From a virus, in IMG/VR virus record IMGVR_UViG_3300043570_000986, positions 23,246-87,245 of that record: DNA of 64,000 nt. One strand, written 5' to 3'. The notes beneath the pieces are model-generated. The model saw only the letters and a list, made by a program, of their open reading frames with translations. It was not told the origin of the DNA and ran no database searches. Every line of letters starts with the position of its first letter. The stretch's first letter is position 1. Positions 40,148 through 49,183 of this stretch are shown piece by piece. Both the position numbers and the translations under genes were made by a program.

Positions 40148-41017
40148 TTATAAATCCATAGGTAATAAAATTGGTAATTTTCCTTTATTAAGTATTACTC
40201 CACAAGAAATAATAAATTTTCTAGGATTAGCTTTAGCATAATCAAATGCATATTTTCTATCATCTACTCCACAACCTACTTGCATACCATAAATTATATC
40301 ATTTTTAGATACATTATAACGTATATTAGATTCTGAATGAAGATGACCTTGAACTACAGACATTCTTCTATTTAAAGCTTTATTGTAAGCTGCATTTTGA
40401 CCAGAAGTACCTGTTCCATGTGTAAACAATACATTATGTTCAGTATGTTCAATATCAAAATTCCAACCTGGAACTTCTAAAACATCTTCTAGCCCTTTAA
40501 TCCATCTTTTAGATAGTCCAGAACTAAAAGCTTTACGATTAATAATTAAATCATGATTACCAAGACATACTCTAACTTTTGGAAATTCTTTATACATTGT
40601 TTTAAGTTGATCAATAGCATATTCTAATTCATCTCCTGCACTATGTCCATCAGGATTAGTTTCATGAAATGATGAATATGCATTATCTACAACATCTCCA
40701 ATATGAATTATTGTTCCACAATTATAGTCTTTTCTACACTTTATTAAATGTTCTAAGTAACCTTCTCTCATAAATGGATAATGAGTATCACCAATTACTA
40801 AAATGTTATTAGGATCTAAATTAGTAGATTTTTTAATGTTAACTTTAGGTAAACTAGTTTTCATTTTAATCCTAGCTTGCTCTAATGCAATAATTATATG
40901 CTTAACATCTACTGTTTTAGGATAATTTTTAGCAATTACTTTAGGACTACATTTAAGATAGCCAGTTTTAGATAATAACCAATCATAAATTGGTTTTTGT
41001 ATTTTGTTTAACGTCAT
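40148..41017 (-). CDS. Calcineurin-like metallophosphoesterase
   Basis: GDTH, GDVVD, GNHD, THG and GHLH motifs. Confidence 0.85.
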   Translation of the reverse strand: MTLNKIQKPIYDWLLSKTGYLKCSPKVIAKNYPKTVDVKHIIIALEQARIKMKTSLPKVNIKKSTNLDPNNILVIGDTHYPFMREGYLEHLIKCRKDYNCGTIIHIGDVVDNAYSSFHETNPDGHSAGDELEYAIDQLKTMYKEFPKVRVCLGNHDLIINRKAFSSGLSKRWIKGLEDVLEVPGWNFDIEHTEHNVLFTHGTGTSGQNAAYNKALNRRMSVVQGHLHSESNIRYNVSKNDIIYGMQVGCGVDDRKYAFDYAKANPRKFIISCGVILNKGKLPILLPMDL

Positions 41018-41052
41018 ATGTTTTATATATTAATGTATTATTATTATTTGAT

Positions 41053-41907
41053 TTATTTATATTTAAATATAAATCCATTTGTTTGTTTTCTTTCACCTTT
41101 TAATACACTATTTATATGAGTTAATTTTCCATATTTATTATTTATTTCTGCAATAGAATCCCATTCTTGTATAAATTCATTATTTAAATTATATTGTAAT
41201 ATTTTAATTTCTTTACCTGGTATAAATTTATCTATTTTTAAACATATATTATTATTTTTTTTATATCTCCATAAAAAATTACCAGCTTTATTTAATTTAC
41301 CATTAACAGCACGATTTATACATAAATTATTAATATTTAAATTTTTACTTGCTTTTGTACAATTTAACCATTCCTTAATAAAATCACCTTCTAAACTATA
41401 TTGAAGAATTGGGGTTTTAGATCTATTTATAGACATTTTTTGACAAGTTTCTTTAGTTCTTTTTAAACCTTGTGCTTTCAAATTAGGTTTATTCAAATGA
41501 GATTTACTCATTTTATCTTTAGATTCTTGTGAAAACTGATATCCCATCTTAGATAAACTAATTTTTAAACAAACTTCTTTACTAACAGATTGATAAAAAT
41601 CATTAATTTTAGGCAATTTTAAATTTAAACCTTTATCTTTATCTAATACATCATAATAATTACCTAAAATAGCTTCATATCTTAACATATCATTAATGTC
41701 ACCTCTCCAAAGTTCTTCAAAAATATGATTTTCATATCCATATTTTAAAAGAGAGCGGTAAAGTTTTACTTGTTTTTTACAATCTAAAGTTTTATATCTT
41801 TTCCACCTTTTTTCTAAACTTAAAGATGTACTTCCAATATAAATCTTACCTTTTGGATTTGTAATCATATACACATATCCGCTACTTAAATTTAATATAC
41901 TATTCAT
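41053..41907 (-). mobile_element. Free-standing GIY-YIG homing endonuclease with NUMOD-type DNA-binding repeats
   Basis: GYVYMITN..KIYIGS; SKDKMSKS and TCQKMS (NUMOD3-like); two ILQYxL..FIxEW repeats (NUMOD1-like). Confidence 0.8.
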
Positions 41908-41942
41908 ACACTAATATAACGAATAATACCCAATAATACAAG

Positions 41943-42326
41943 TTATTTAGTATTTATTTTTTCAGTTTCATGTATTAATCCTTGTAAATTAAATAAAGCA
42001 GCAGATAAATGATCTATTTCAGGTTCAAGACTTGCATCGTCATATTTATTAGCAAGATATTTTTGAATATGTCTCATTAATGATTTTTCATATTCTTCAA
42101 TTGGTATTCCTTTTTTCCAATTACCTCTACCATATTTAGACTCCTGAGTTTTCATATACTTACAATATCTTTGTAAAGTTATCCAAGAAATACTTTCAAT
42201 ATAATCTTCTTTATCTGTATCGGAATCTCTTTTTGCTCCAGATTCAAACATTCGATGTGTTTTTTCTTTAATATGTTCAATTTTTTCTTCTAAAGGAATT
42301 AATTCTTTTTTATTCTCCAGTACCAT
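41943..42326 (-). CDS. dATP/dGTP diphosphohydrolase-like (DUF5664-type) protein
   Basis: FESGAKRD, KYGRGNWKKG, SLMRH and DHLSAALFN motifs. Confidence 0.7.
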   Translation of the reverse strand: MVLENKKELIPLEEKIEHIKEKTHRMFESGAKRDSDTDKEDYIESISWITLQRYCKYMKTQESKYGRGNWKKGIPIEEYEKSLMRHIQKYLANKYDDASLEPEIDHLSAALFNLQGLIHETEKINTK

Positions 42327-43140
42327 ATTTTCTAATTTTTTGTTTAATTCTAAATAATTCTACACTTATTTGACCTTTAGGGATTTTAAATATTTCAGAT
42401 ATTTCTGTCATACTAACACCTTGCAAATATAAAGAATATAATTTAATATTTTTAATATTTTTACTTTTAAAAATAATATCAAAATTATTAATTTTAGATT
42501 TAAGAAAATCTACATCATCTTCTTTTAAATTTTTAGTAGTTCTTGTTTTATCAACTAAAGGTCTAACAGGTTTAGGTTTTTTAACAACATCTTTTTTTGC
42601 TACTTTTGATAATTTATTTCTAATAAGATAATCAAGAAAACCTCTACGCTTATTACATATTTTATCAATTTCTTTAATAGCATACCCTTGTAAATACAAA
42701 TCTATAGCCTTAACTTCTATAGGTGTTAATGTTTTAATATAATATTGATAGTCAATACTTTTTTTAAAATCTAAATGTATTTTAGCTGGTTCATAATTAG
42801 CTTGTTCAAACACAAAAAAATCTTTAGGTGAATCATCAATTCTATTTAAACTTCTATATATTCTTGAATTTGCTGTAGTAATTCTTCTATGAAAAGTCCA
42901 ATAAGTACAATTTTTCATCATTTGAATAAACTTACCCTCATAAATTGGCTCTTTAGGTTTGTTAAAATAATTATCATGTACATACAAAAAAACTTCTTGA
43001 TATAGTTCTTTAGCATCAGCTAAGTCCCTACACCAAAAAGTTTCTGTTTTCTTTTGAGTTAAATTAATACAATATTCAAATATAATAGGTTCTATTTTTA
43101 AAAAATCATCTATTGTATAATTATATAATGTCTTGTTCAT
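42310..43140 (-). CDS. Sigma-70/ECF-like protein with two region-4-like HTH domains
   Basis: DAKELYQEVFL (region 2-like); LYLQGYAIKEI and LYLQGVSMTEISEIF..ELFRIKQKI. Confidence 0.6.
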   Translation of the reverse strand: MNKTLYNYTIDDFLKIEPIIFEYCINLTQKKTETFWCRDLADAKELYQEVFLYVHDNYFNKPKEPIYEGKFIQMMKNCTYWTFHRRITTANSRIYRSLNRIDDSPKDFFVFEQANYEPAKIHLDFKKSIDYQYYIKTLTPIEVKAIDLYLQGYAIKEIDKICNKRRGFLDYLIRNKLSKVAKKDVVKKPKPVRPLVDKTRTTKNLKEDDVDFLKSKINNFDIIFKSKNIKNIKLYSLYLQGVSMTEISEIFKIPKGQISVELFRIKQKIRKYGTGE

Positions 43141-43357
43141 CTATTTCTTCATTTACATGTTCATCTATATGTTCATCTAATTTTTTAGTTAATTCTAAGT
43201 CATCTAAATTACTATTTAATCCTAAAGTATTTATAACTTCACAAAAAGTAAGTTCTGAATTATTAGTCCAAAATCTATCTAATTTATTTAATATAGGAAA
43301 TATTCTATCTTTAGATTTTTCTTTAATTAATTGCCCTATTCTTTCGTTAATTTCCAT
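43121..43357 (-). CDS. Hypothetical protein
   Basis: 78-aa ORF in the operon. Confidence 0.5.
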   Translation of the reverse strand: MEINERIGQLIKEKSKDRIFPILNKLDRFWTNNSELTFCEVINTLGLNSNLDDLELTKKLDEHIDEHVNEEIDEQDII

Positions 43358-43940
43358 AATCTTCTTTTAATTGATCTATTGTTTTATATACTTCATAAGG
43401 TAATTTAGGTCTACTACATACTTCTTTGATAAGCATTACTTCTACATTTAAAAAGTCAGCATATTGCTTTCTTTTAATATCAGTAGGATATAATACATCA
43501 TGTACAGTAGACAAGTGGTTGGCTGAGTTATTCTGAATACCATATACTCTGAGCATTATCTCTTTATATGGTACACTAGTTTCTGAATATTTGCCTTCTA
43601 AGATTAGTTCATAATCTTCATTAAAATGTTTAGGTAACTGATAAATTAAAATATATTCTTGTTCTTCTTCAATATAATCAACAAAATGTTCATTAAGATT
43701 TTGAAGTAAAACATAATCTCTAGATTCTTCAGGTGAATCTAATTTATTAAGAATAATGTAAATTAATTTATCTTCTTTACTTTTAATATGAGCATTAATT
43801 AACATCTTAGGATGTAAAAAATTAACACTTAACTCTGATATGCCTATTAAAGGCATTAAAAATGTTGTGGTTTTGGTGTTATTGACTATACCATTAGTGG
43901 TATATCCATTATTCTCCAACCATTCCAAGCGTTCTTGCAT
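43347..43940 (-). CDS. Hypothetical protein
   Basis: Long ORF; the start at 43940 (MQERL) reduces overlap with the exonuclease gene compared with 43970. Confidence 0.55.
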   Translation of the reverse strand: MQERLEWLENNGYTTNGIVNNTKTTTFLMPLIGISELSVNFLHPKMLINAHIKSKEDKLIYIILNKLDSPEESRDYVLLQNLNEHFVDYIEEEQEYILIYQLPKHFNEDYELILEGKYSETSVPYKEIMLRVYGIQNNSANHLSTVHDVLYPTDIKRKQYADFLNVEVMLIKEVCSRPKLPYEVYKTIDQLKEDYGN

Positions 43941-44661
43941 AAACTTCTGTGCTTTTAATTGGTGTAACAAACTCCATACCTTCGTATGAGTCTTTAATTT
44001 TTAGGCACTTATAGTTCTTATAAAATTCATCAATTCCTACTTCTTCACCAAAATAATTTATATATTCACAAATTACTCTACTTTTAAATAAATTTATTTC
44101 TTTACATTCTTCCCACAATTTTTTAATAAAAGCAGGACCTTTACCAGGAACACCTTTAATATTATCTGCAGTATCTCCTGTAATTACAGAACCCCAGAAA
44201 TATTGTTCAGCATATTCTGTATCCACTAATCTTGCAACATCATTTTTTATATCATAATTTAATCCAAATAAATTATTAATATCTTTGTCAGTAGATATTA
44301 CAATATAAGAAGTTAAATCTTTAATATACTTATTCTTATAGATATTAAGTATATCATCTGCTTCTAGATTATAACCATAAATACCACTATATTCTTTAAC
44401 TAAGTATTCTTTTACTTCATTAAAAAATGGTGGTTTTTCATTGTTCTTTCTATTAGCTTTGTACTCTGGATATATATCATATCTAAAGTTTTTTCCCGTA
44501 GTAAAATACAAATGAAATTCATCTATTTTACTACCATTAATTAAACCTGAAAGATAACTATTAGCAGAACTAATAGCTTCTTCCATAGTTTTTTCAGGTT
44601 CACCTATTTTATTATAACATACAATGTATGGTATAAAATCTGCATCAATCAGTCCTATCAT
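43909..44661 (-). CDS. 5'-3' exonuclease (FEN/T7 gp6-like)
   Basis: LIDAD, YKANR, LEADD, DKD and GDTADNIKGVPGKG motifs. Confidence 0.9.
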   Translation of the reverse strand: MIGLIDADFIPYIVCYNKIGEPEKTMEEAISSANSYLSGLINGSKIDEFHLYFTTGKNFRYDIYPEYKANRKNNEKPPFFNEVKEYLVKEYSGIYGYNLEADDILNIYKNKYIKDLTSYIVISTDKDINNLFGLNYDIKNDVARLVDTEYAEQYFWGSVITGDTADNIKGVPGKGPAFIKKLWEECKEINLFKSRVICEYINYFGEEVGIDEFYKNYKCLKIKDSYEGMEFVTPIKSTEVYARTLGMVGE

Positions 44662-44824
44662 AATCAGGTTTAATTTCAGTGTATTTATCTTTGATCATTT
44701 TAGATAATTTAATAGAATTAGTATAAACTAACATATCTATTTTAATTCTAGGATTTTTAGGTGGTTTAATACTATCTAAAAACTTTGTAACCTCTTCAAG
44801 GTCTTTCGTGTCTACTTTATACAT
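44645..44824 (-). CDS. Small hypothetical protein (59 aa, not in the ORF track)
   Basis: MYKVDTKDLEEV...DYDRTD*; overlaps both neighbours. Confidence 0.45.
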   Translation of the reverse strand: MYKVDTKDLEEVTKFLDSIKPPKNPRIKIDMLVYTNSIKLSKMIKDKYTEIKPDYDRTD

Positions 44825-44987
44825 AATTTAACGCATTTATATCAGTTTTTAATTCTCTAAGAATATTTACTTGTGATAATTCCACAATATAATTATTAAT
44901 CTTAGGATCTTCAGACATTAAAGTATCTATTTGAGATCTCAATGTTTGAATCTTATTATCTATTAAACTTATTATTTTTTCAGACAT
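44817..44987 (-). CDS. Small coiled-coil protein (56 aa, not in the ORF track)
   Basis: MSEKIISLIDNKIQTLRSQ...ALNYV*; 8-nt overlaps at both ends. Confidence 0.5.
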   Translation of the reverse strand: MSEKIISLIDNKIQTLRSQIDTLMSEDPKINNYIVELSQVNILRELKTDINALNYV

Positions 44988-45471
44988 CTTTAAATTGTTT
45001 TAATTTGTTAATATAATTAGTATCTGATGCATATTTAACTCTAATTAAAAAGTTGTAATAATTCTCATCTTCTCTTAATCTGTTCATTTGCCAACATTTA
45101 TAATGTATAACAGATTCTTTCCAAGATTTATATTTTATAATATTAGATTCAGATTTTTGAAATCCAAATAAAGCATTATACTTTATAAATCTATTAGATG
45201 TAAAATTACCAGATTCTAATTTAGCTTGAGCTAATACTATATCCGGATATTCCATTTCAACAAGTTTCATAAATTCTATCAACTTATTCTCACTAAAGCC
45301 TTCTATTTTAATAGTATCTGCATAAGGAATTGGTTTAGGTAACAATAGTTGTTCTTTAGTCTTTAAAAAGTCTAATTGCATACCAATAGTCCAACCTAAA
45401 GCTAATCCTAAAATACCAACTGTTATAATAAAAGCTATTTTATTTTTTTTTAATTTAGTTCTATAATCCAT
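44980..45471 (-). CDS. Membrane-anchored glucosaminidase/lysozyme-like (GH73-like) protein
   Basis: N-terminal TM; AQAKLESG, NALFG and YASDTNY motifs. Confidence 0.7.
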   Translation of the reverse strand: MDYRTKLKKNKIAFIITVGILGLALGWTIGMQLDFLKTKEQLLLPKPIPYADTIKIEGFSENKLIEFMKLVEMEYPDIVLAQAKLESGNFTSNRFIKYNALFGFQKSESNIIKYKSWKESVIHYKCWQMNRLREDENYYNFLIRVKYASDTNYINKLKQFKDV

Positions 45472-46036
45472 AGTATTTTTCTTTAATTAATTTAATACAC
45501 TTATTTACATTAGTTAAGTTATTAGGTGCAAAATAATCTATAGTCCATCCATTCATAGTCCACCAATATTTAAATAATCTTAACTTAAGAAGATACTCAT
45601 TAGTATAATCTCCCTTAGTTTCTATGATCCAACCAGTCTTAGTGTCTTTATTAAGACAACTAAAATCAGGTTTAATAGAGATTGCTCTAATTTTATTAGT
45701 AACTTCTCCAAATTGATAAACATATTTAGATTTATTTTTGTCTTTAAATCTAGCATTAATTCCTGCAGATTGAGCTTCAGTATAACTCATCATTCTTTTA
45801 TAAAGCTGATGACAAGTTCCTGTAACTTCAAACTTTGGTTGTAGTTCAAATATATCATCTTCATAGTTAAAGTATGTTATATTAGCTTTTTGTAAAGCCT
45901 GATAGCATACTTTTTCTAATCCAGATCTTAATTGAACTCCATCATGTATTGTAGGTACTCCATGAGGAACTGCTTTCTTTTTAGGTTTTTTAATAACCTT
46001 AAACTTTTTAGCAAGGTTTTGTTTTCTCACATTCAT
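45461..46036 (-). CDS. PD-(D/E)xK endonuclease, resolvase-like (T7 endonuclease I-like)
   Basis: RSGLE, KPDF and IIETKG motifs. Confidence 0.75.
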   Translation of the reverse strand: MNVRKQNLAKKFKVIKKPKKKAVPHGVPTIHDGVQLRSGLEKVCYQALQKANITYFNYEDDIFELQPKFEVTGTCHQLYKRMMSYTEAQSAGINARFKDKNKSKYVYQFGEVTNKIRAISIKPDFSCLNKDTKTGWIIETKGDYTNEYLLKLRLFKYWWTMNGWTIDYFAPNNLTNVNKCIKLIKEKYYGL

Positions 46037-46454
46037 CTCCCCTTTCTCTCATAATTGCCATTGTCCAAGTATCTAAGTTCTTAATATACTTAAGTCCCAT
46101 ACCTGGATAATCTATTTTTCTATCTACTAAAATACCTACAGGTAAAAGTGTAGTATTAGGTCTTAAAGTATTAATAATAACTTGATCACCATCAAAGTGA
46201 ATGTCACTATTTAATATAATAATACCTACTTTAGTAGAGTCATTTAAACACATTTGAACTCTTTCTGATGGAATATCAAACTGACTAGCAATTGCATTGA
46301 TATAATTTAAACTATCATTTGTAGTGATAATCCATAATTCATATTCAAATCCTAGATGTGAATAATCATTTTCTTTAATACCTTTAATTAATTGTCTAAA
46401 ATCTTCATGATTCCATGACTCCGTGGGCTCGAAACTTATTTTTATTTTTTCCAT
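46008..46454 (-). CDS. Degenerate HAD-fold-like protein
   Basis: KISFE.., LWIITT, K and IHFDGD are spaced like HAD motifs I-IV, but DxD is missing. Confidence 0.4.
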   Translation of the reverse strand: MEKIKISFEPTESWNHEDFRQLIKGIKENDYSHLGFEYELWIITTNDSLNYINAIASQFDIPSERVQMCLNDSTKVGIIILNSDIHFDGDQVIINTLRPNTTLLPVGILVDRKIDYPGMGLKYIKNLDTWTMAIMRERGDECEKTKPC

Positions 46455-46456
46455 AA

Positions 46457-46747
46457 TTATTCTTTTATTTCATAACCATCTTCTAATCTTACTTCAGTTT
46501 TTTCTTCTAAAGTATATTCATCTCTTGCTACTAAATACCCTAGTGCATTAATAAACCATAATCCATTAAGAATAAACATATCTTCTCCATCATTATTATC
46601 TAATAGTGTCCATATTTTATTCTTAGGAATATTTTTTAAGTGATCAGTATCTTGAAATAAGTGTCCATCACATGCAGCATCTTTTACAAATGTATTCTTT
46701 ATTGGAGAATACTTTTCAACAAATTGTTGCCAATTTAAATTTATCAT
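46457..46747 (-). CDS. Hypothetical protein
   Basis: 96-aa ORF in the operon. Confidence 0.55.
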   Translation of the reverse strand: MINLNWQQFVEKYSPIKNTFVKDAACDGHLFQDTDHLKNIPKNKIWTLLDNNDGEDMFILNGLWFINALGYLVARDEYTLEEKTEVRLEDGYEIKE

Positions 46748-47736
46748 TTTAGTTTCTTTTTAATTAAGTTAAAAGCTTTCTTATAGCCATATTTTTTAAT
46801 GTAATCACTTATATCTTTTTCATCAGGTATAAAGAAAAACTCTACATCATATTCTAATAAGAAATCACCAGTAGAGGTATATCCTTGATCATCATTATCA
46901 AGCACTAAGATAACTCTTTTAAATCTTTTAACCAATTCATTATAAGATTTTTTACTTAATTTATTAGTTTCTGCTTGTAAACCTACTGCTGAATATCCAA
47001 ATTCATAGAAAGTCATAACATCTTTAAGTGACTTAGTTATAAACAATATATCACCAGTTTCAGGTAATTGATCATAACCCTGTAAACAATCTGCACCTAC
47101 ATTACTTAACCATTTACCTTCTTTAGTAATAGAATAAGGACTATAGATTTTAAGATACTCAGAATTATTTTTAAAGAACTTATAAGAATATAAAGGATTA
47201 TCATTCTTATGATTAAATACATAATGCTTATCTCCTTTAACTAAATATACATTCTTACAAGCTTTGACATTAAAGAATTGTAGAGTTGTTAGTGAAATAT
47301 GATATTGATTCCAATAGTGATAATCTAACATGTTAAATGGTCTTACAACTACTTGAATATTAGATTTAACTTTAACTAACTTAGGAGCATCATTACTTAA
47401 CAATAATTGAGGGGTAACTTTAAAGTTACTATCTTTTAACCCAAAGTCATTAGCAATGATATTACAAGTTTCATGATAGTTAGATCCATATTTTCTACTT
47501 ACATAATCAAATGCTAGAAAATAATCTCCATTACCAAAATCTTTATAATAAGGTATTCCTGATGCACTGATTACTATTCTACAACTTGCATTTCTATCAT
47601 TATAAAATTCTGATTTAAAACTAGATTCTAATGAATTATAATTACTACAATATCTTTCTAATATCTGTAACTCTGTAACATACTTAAGTATTTCTTCTTT
47701 TGTTATTTGTAAACTTGCACTATCAAAATTGAACAT
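46744..47736 (-). CDS. DnaG-type (TOPRIM) DNA primase
   Basis: YKDFG, ITKSLKD, LDNDDQG and KDISD motifs typical of crAss-like primases. Confidence 0.8.
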   Translation of the reverse strand: MFNFDSASLQITKEEILKYVTELQILERYCSNYNSLESSFKSEFYNDRNASCRIVISASGIPYYKDFGNGDYFLAFDYVSRKYGSNYHETCNIIANDFGLKDSNFKVTPQLLLSNDAPKLVKVKSNIQVVVRPFNMLDYHYWNQYHISLTTLQFFNVKACKNVYLVKGDKHYVFNHKNDNPLYSYKFFKNNSEYLKIYSPYSITKEGKWLSNVGADCLQGYDQLPETGDILFITKSLKDVMTFYEFGYSAVGLQAETNKLSKKSYNELVKRFKRVILVLDNDDQGYTSTGDFLLEYDVEFFFIPDEKDISDYIKKYGYKKAFNLIKKKLK

Positions 47737-47751
47737 AATTTAATTTTTAAA

Positions 47752-47838
47752 AAGTAATAATAGGCTGTAACAGATGCATTTATCTAGACATATGCTCCAT
47801 AAGTTTCCAAATAGTTTCTAGCCACCTATTATTACTTA
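47752..47838 (-). promoter_or_regulatory. Structured intergenic element upstream of primase
   Basis: 13-bp inverted repeat aagtaataatagg/cctattattactt enclosing about 60 nt. Confidence 0.55.
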
Positions 47839-47845
47839 ATTATTT

Positions 47846-47876
47846 ATTGTCACAAATATACAAAAATATGTGACAA
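47846..47876 (-). promoter_or_regulatory. Bacteroidota-type -7 promoter box inside an inverted repeat
   Basis: Minus strand TATATTTG fits the TAnnTTTG consensus and overlaps the ttgtcaca/tgtgacaa inverted repeat. Confidence 0.45.
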
Positions 47877-47877
47877 A

Positions 47878-48471
47878 TTAGAATGTAACTGAATCTGCTG
47901 CTGGACTTGAGAATCCTGCTTGAGGTGCATTATCAGTTGCTGGTTCAATAGCTAATTTCTTAACATTTTTATCAGCATTAAAGAATAATTTACTATCTGC
48001 TTCAGCAATTGCTTTAGACTCACAGAATACACCATTACCAAAAGAAGAAGCTACATACTTAGTTCCCTTTTGAGAGATCTTTTCTTCACCATTAACTTTT
48101 AATCTGAACTCTTTACCAATAACTAACATAGCTAATTTTTGAGCTAATTCTTCAGCAGATTTAGCATTAGGCATTTTAGTTTTAGCTGTAGCTTCATCTA
48201 AATTATTAGATGCTGCAACTAATGCTAAGATTGCATTCTTAGAAATATCCCAAGCTGATTTTTGTTTACCAGGATTAACTACTGTACTTAAATAATACTG
48301 TTGCTTTAATTCAGCACCATGACTATCTTCTACTGTAAACTCTAAATAAGGAGTTTGTTTTTGTGTACTAAGACCATTAGTAATACTTGTTACTTTAGTA
48401 ATACAAATACCTGGTTTAATAGTTTCTTTGTAATTACCTTTAGATACTTCTGCGTTTTCAAAATTGAACAT
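47878..48471 (-). CDS. Putative single-stranded DNA-binding protein
   Basis: OB-like beta pattern (PG..KVTSI..YLEFTV), flexible tail ending DSVTF, positioned between the AAA ATPase and primase. Confidence 0.55.
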   Translation of the reverse strand: MFNFENAEVSKGNYKETIKPGICITKVTSITNGLSTQKQTPYLEFTVEDSHGAELKQQYYLSTVVNPGKQKSAWDISKNAILALVAASNNLDEATAKTKMPNAKSAEELAQKLAMLVIGKEFRLKVNGEEKISQKGTKYVASSFGNGVFCESKAIAEADSKLFFNADKNVKKLAIEPATDNAPQAGFSSPAADSVTF

Positions 48472-48513
48472 AATTTTATATTTTAATTGTTTAATAATTT
48501 AATTTAAGAGAAG

Positions 48514-49182
48514 TTATTCTCCTAATTGATATTTTGCTATTTTATCCAAGATTAACTTATAATCATTTGGTTCAAACTTATCTAAACATCCTTCTGGAGA
48601 TTTAGCAAGTCTTAAGCCATCATAATTAGTTAAAAATGAATATTCCATTTTTCCATTTACTTCTTTCACATCAGCATGTAGAACATAAGTAAAATAAGAA
48701 GGAATCTTAATCTGGTTATCCAATAACTTACCTACAGTTTGTAAAGTAATTTCTGTATCACCATTTATATTGGTACTTCTTTCAGTATGTCCTATCACTA
48801 TCACATTTAAATCATCACGCAACTTTTCTTCCATTTTAATTAAGCCTTGGAATACGTCAACAGCTAAATCTGACCACTTTTGAAAACCATTAATTTTGGC
48901 ATCAGCCATAACTCTGTTAGTTAAAAAGTGAGTAAAATCCTCAACAACAATTGTCTTGAATTTTGTACCATCATTAGCTTTTGTTAGTATAACTTTAAGC
49001 TCTGGAAACGTAGAACAATTTACTACATTGCCTTTTTCTGTACTGTATTTCACAGCACCACCCTTAAAAGGTAATTCTTTTCTATTAGGTTTAACCAATA
49101 GAGTTGTATTCTCATCTAGATTTAATATGGCTCTAGATTTGCCACTACCAGGATTTCCGATAGCTAAGATAATTCTTCCCAT
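48514..49182 (-). CDS. AAA_24/Sak4-like P-loop ATPase
   Basis: GNPGSGKS, IVVED, VIGH and AKSP motifs. Confidence 0.75.
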   Translation of the reverse strand: MGRIILAIGNPGSGKSRAILNLDENTTLLVKPNRKELPFKGGAVKYSTEKGNVVNCSTFPELKVILTKANDGTKFKTIVVEDFTHFLTNRVMADAKINGFQKWSDLAVDVFQGLIKMEEKLRDDLNVIVIGHTERSTNINGDTEITLQTVGKLLDNQIKIPSYFTYVLHADVKEVNGKMEYSFLTNYDGLRLAKSPEGCLDKFEPNDYKLILDKIAKYQLGE

Positions 49183-49183
49183 T

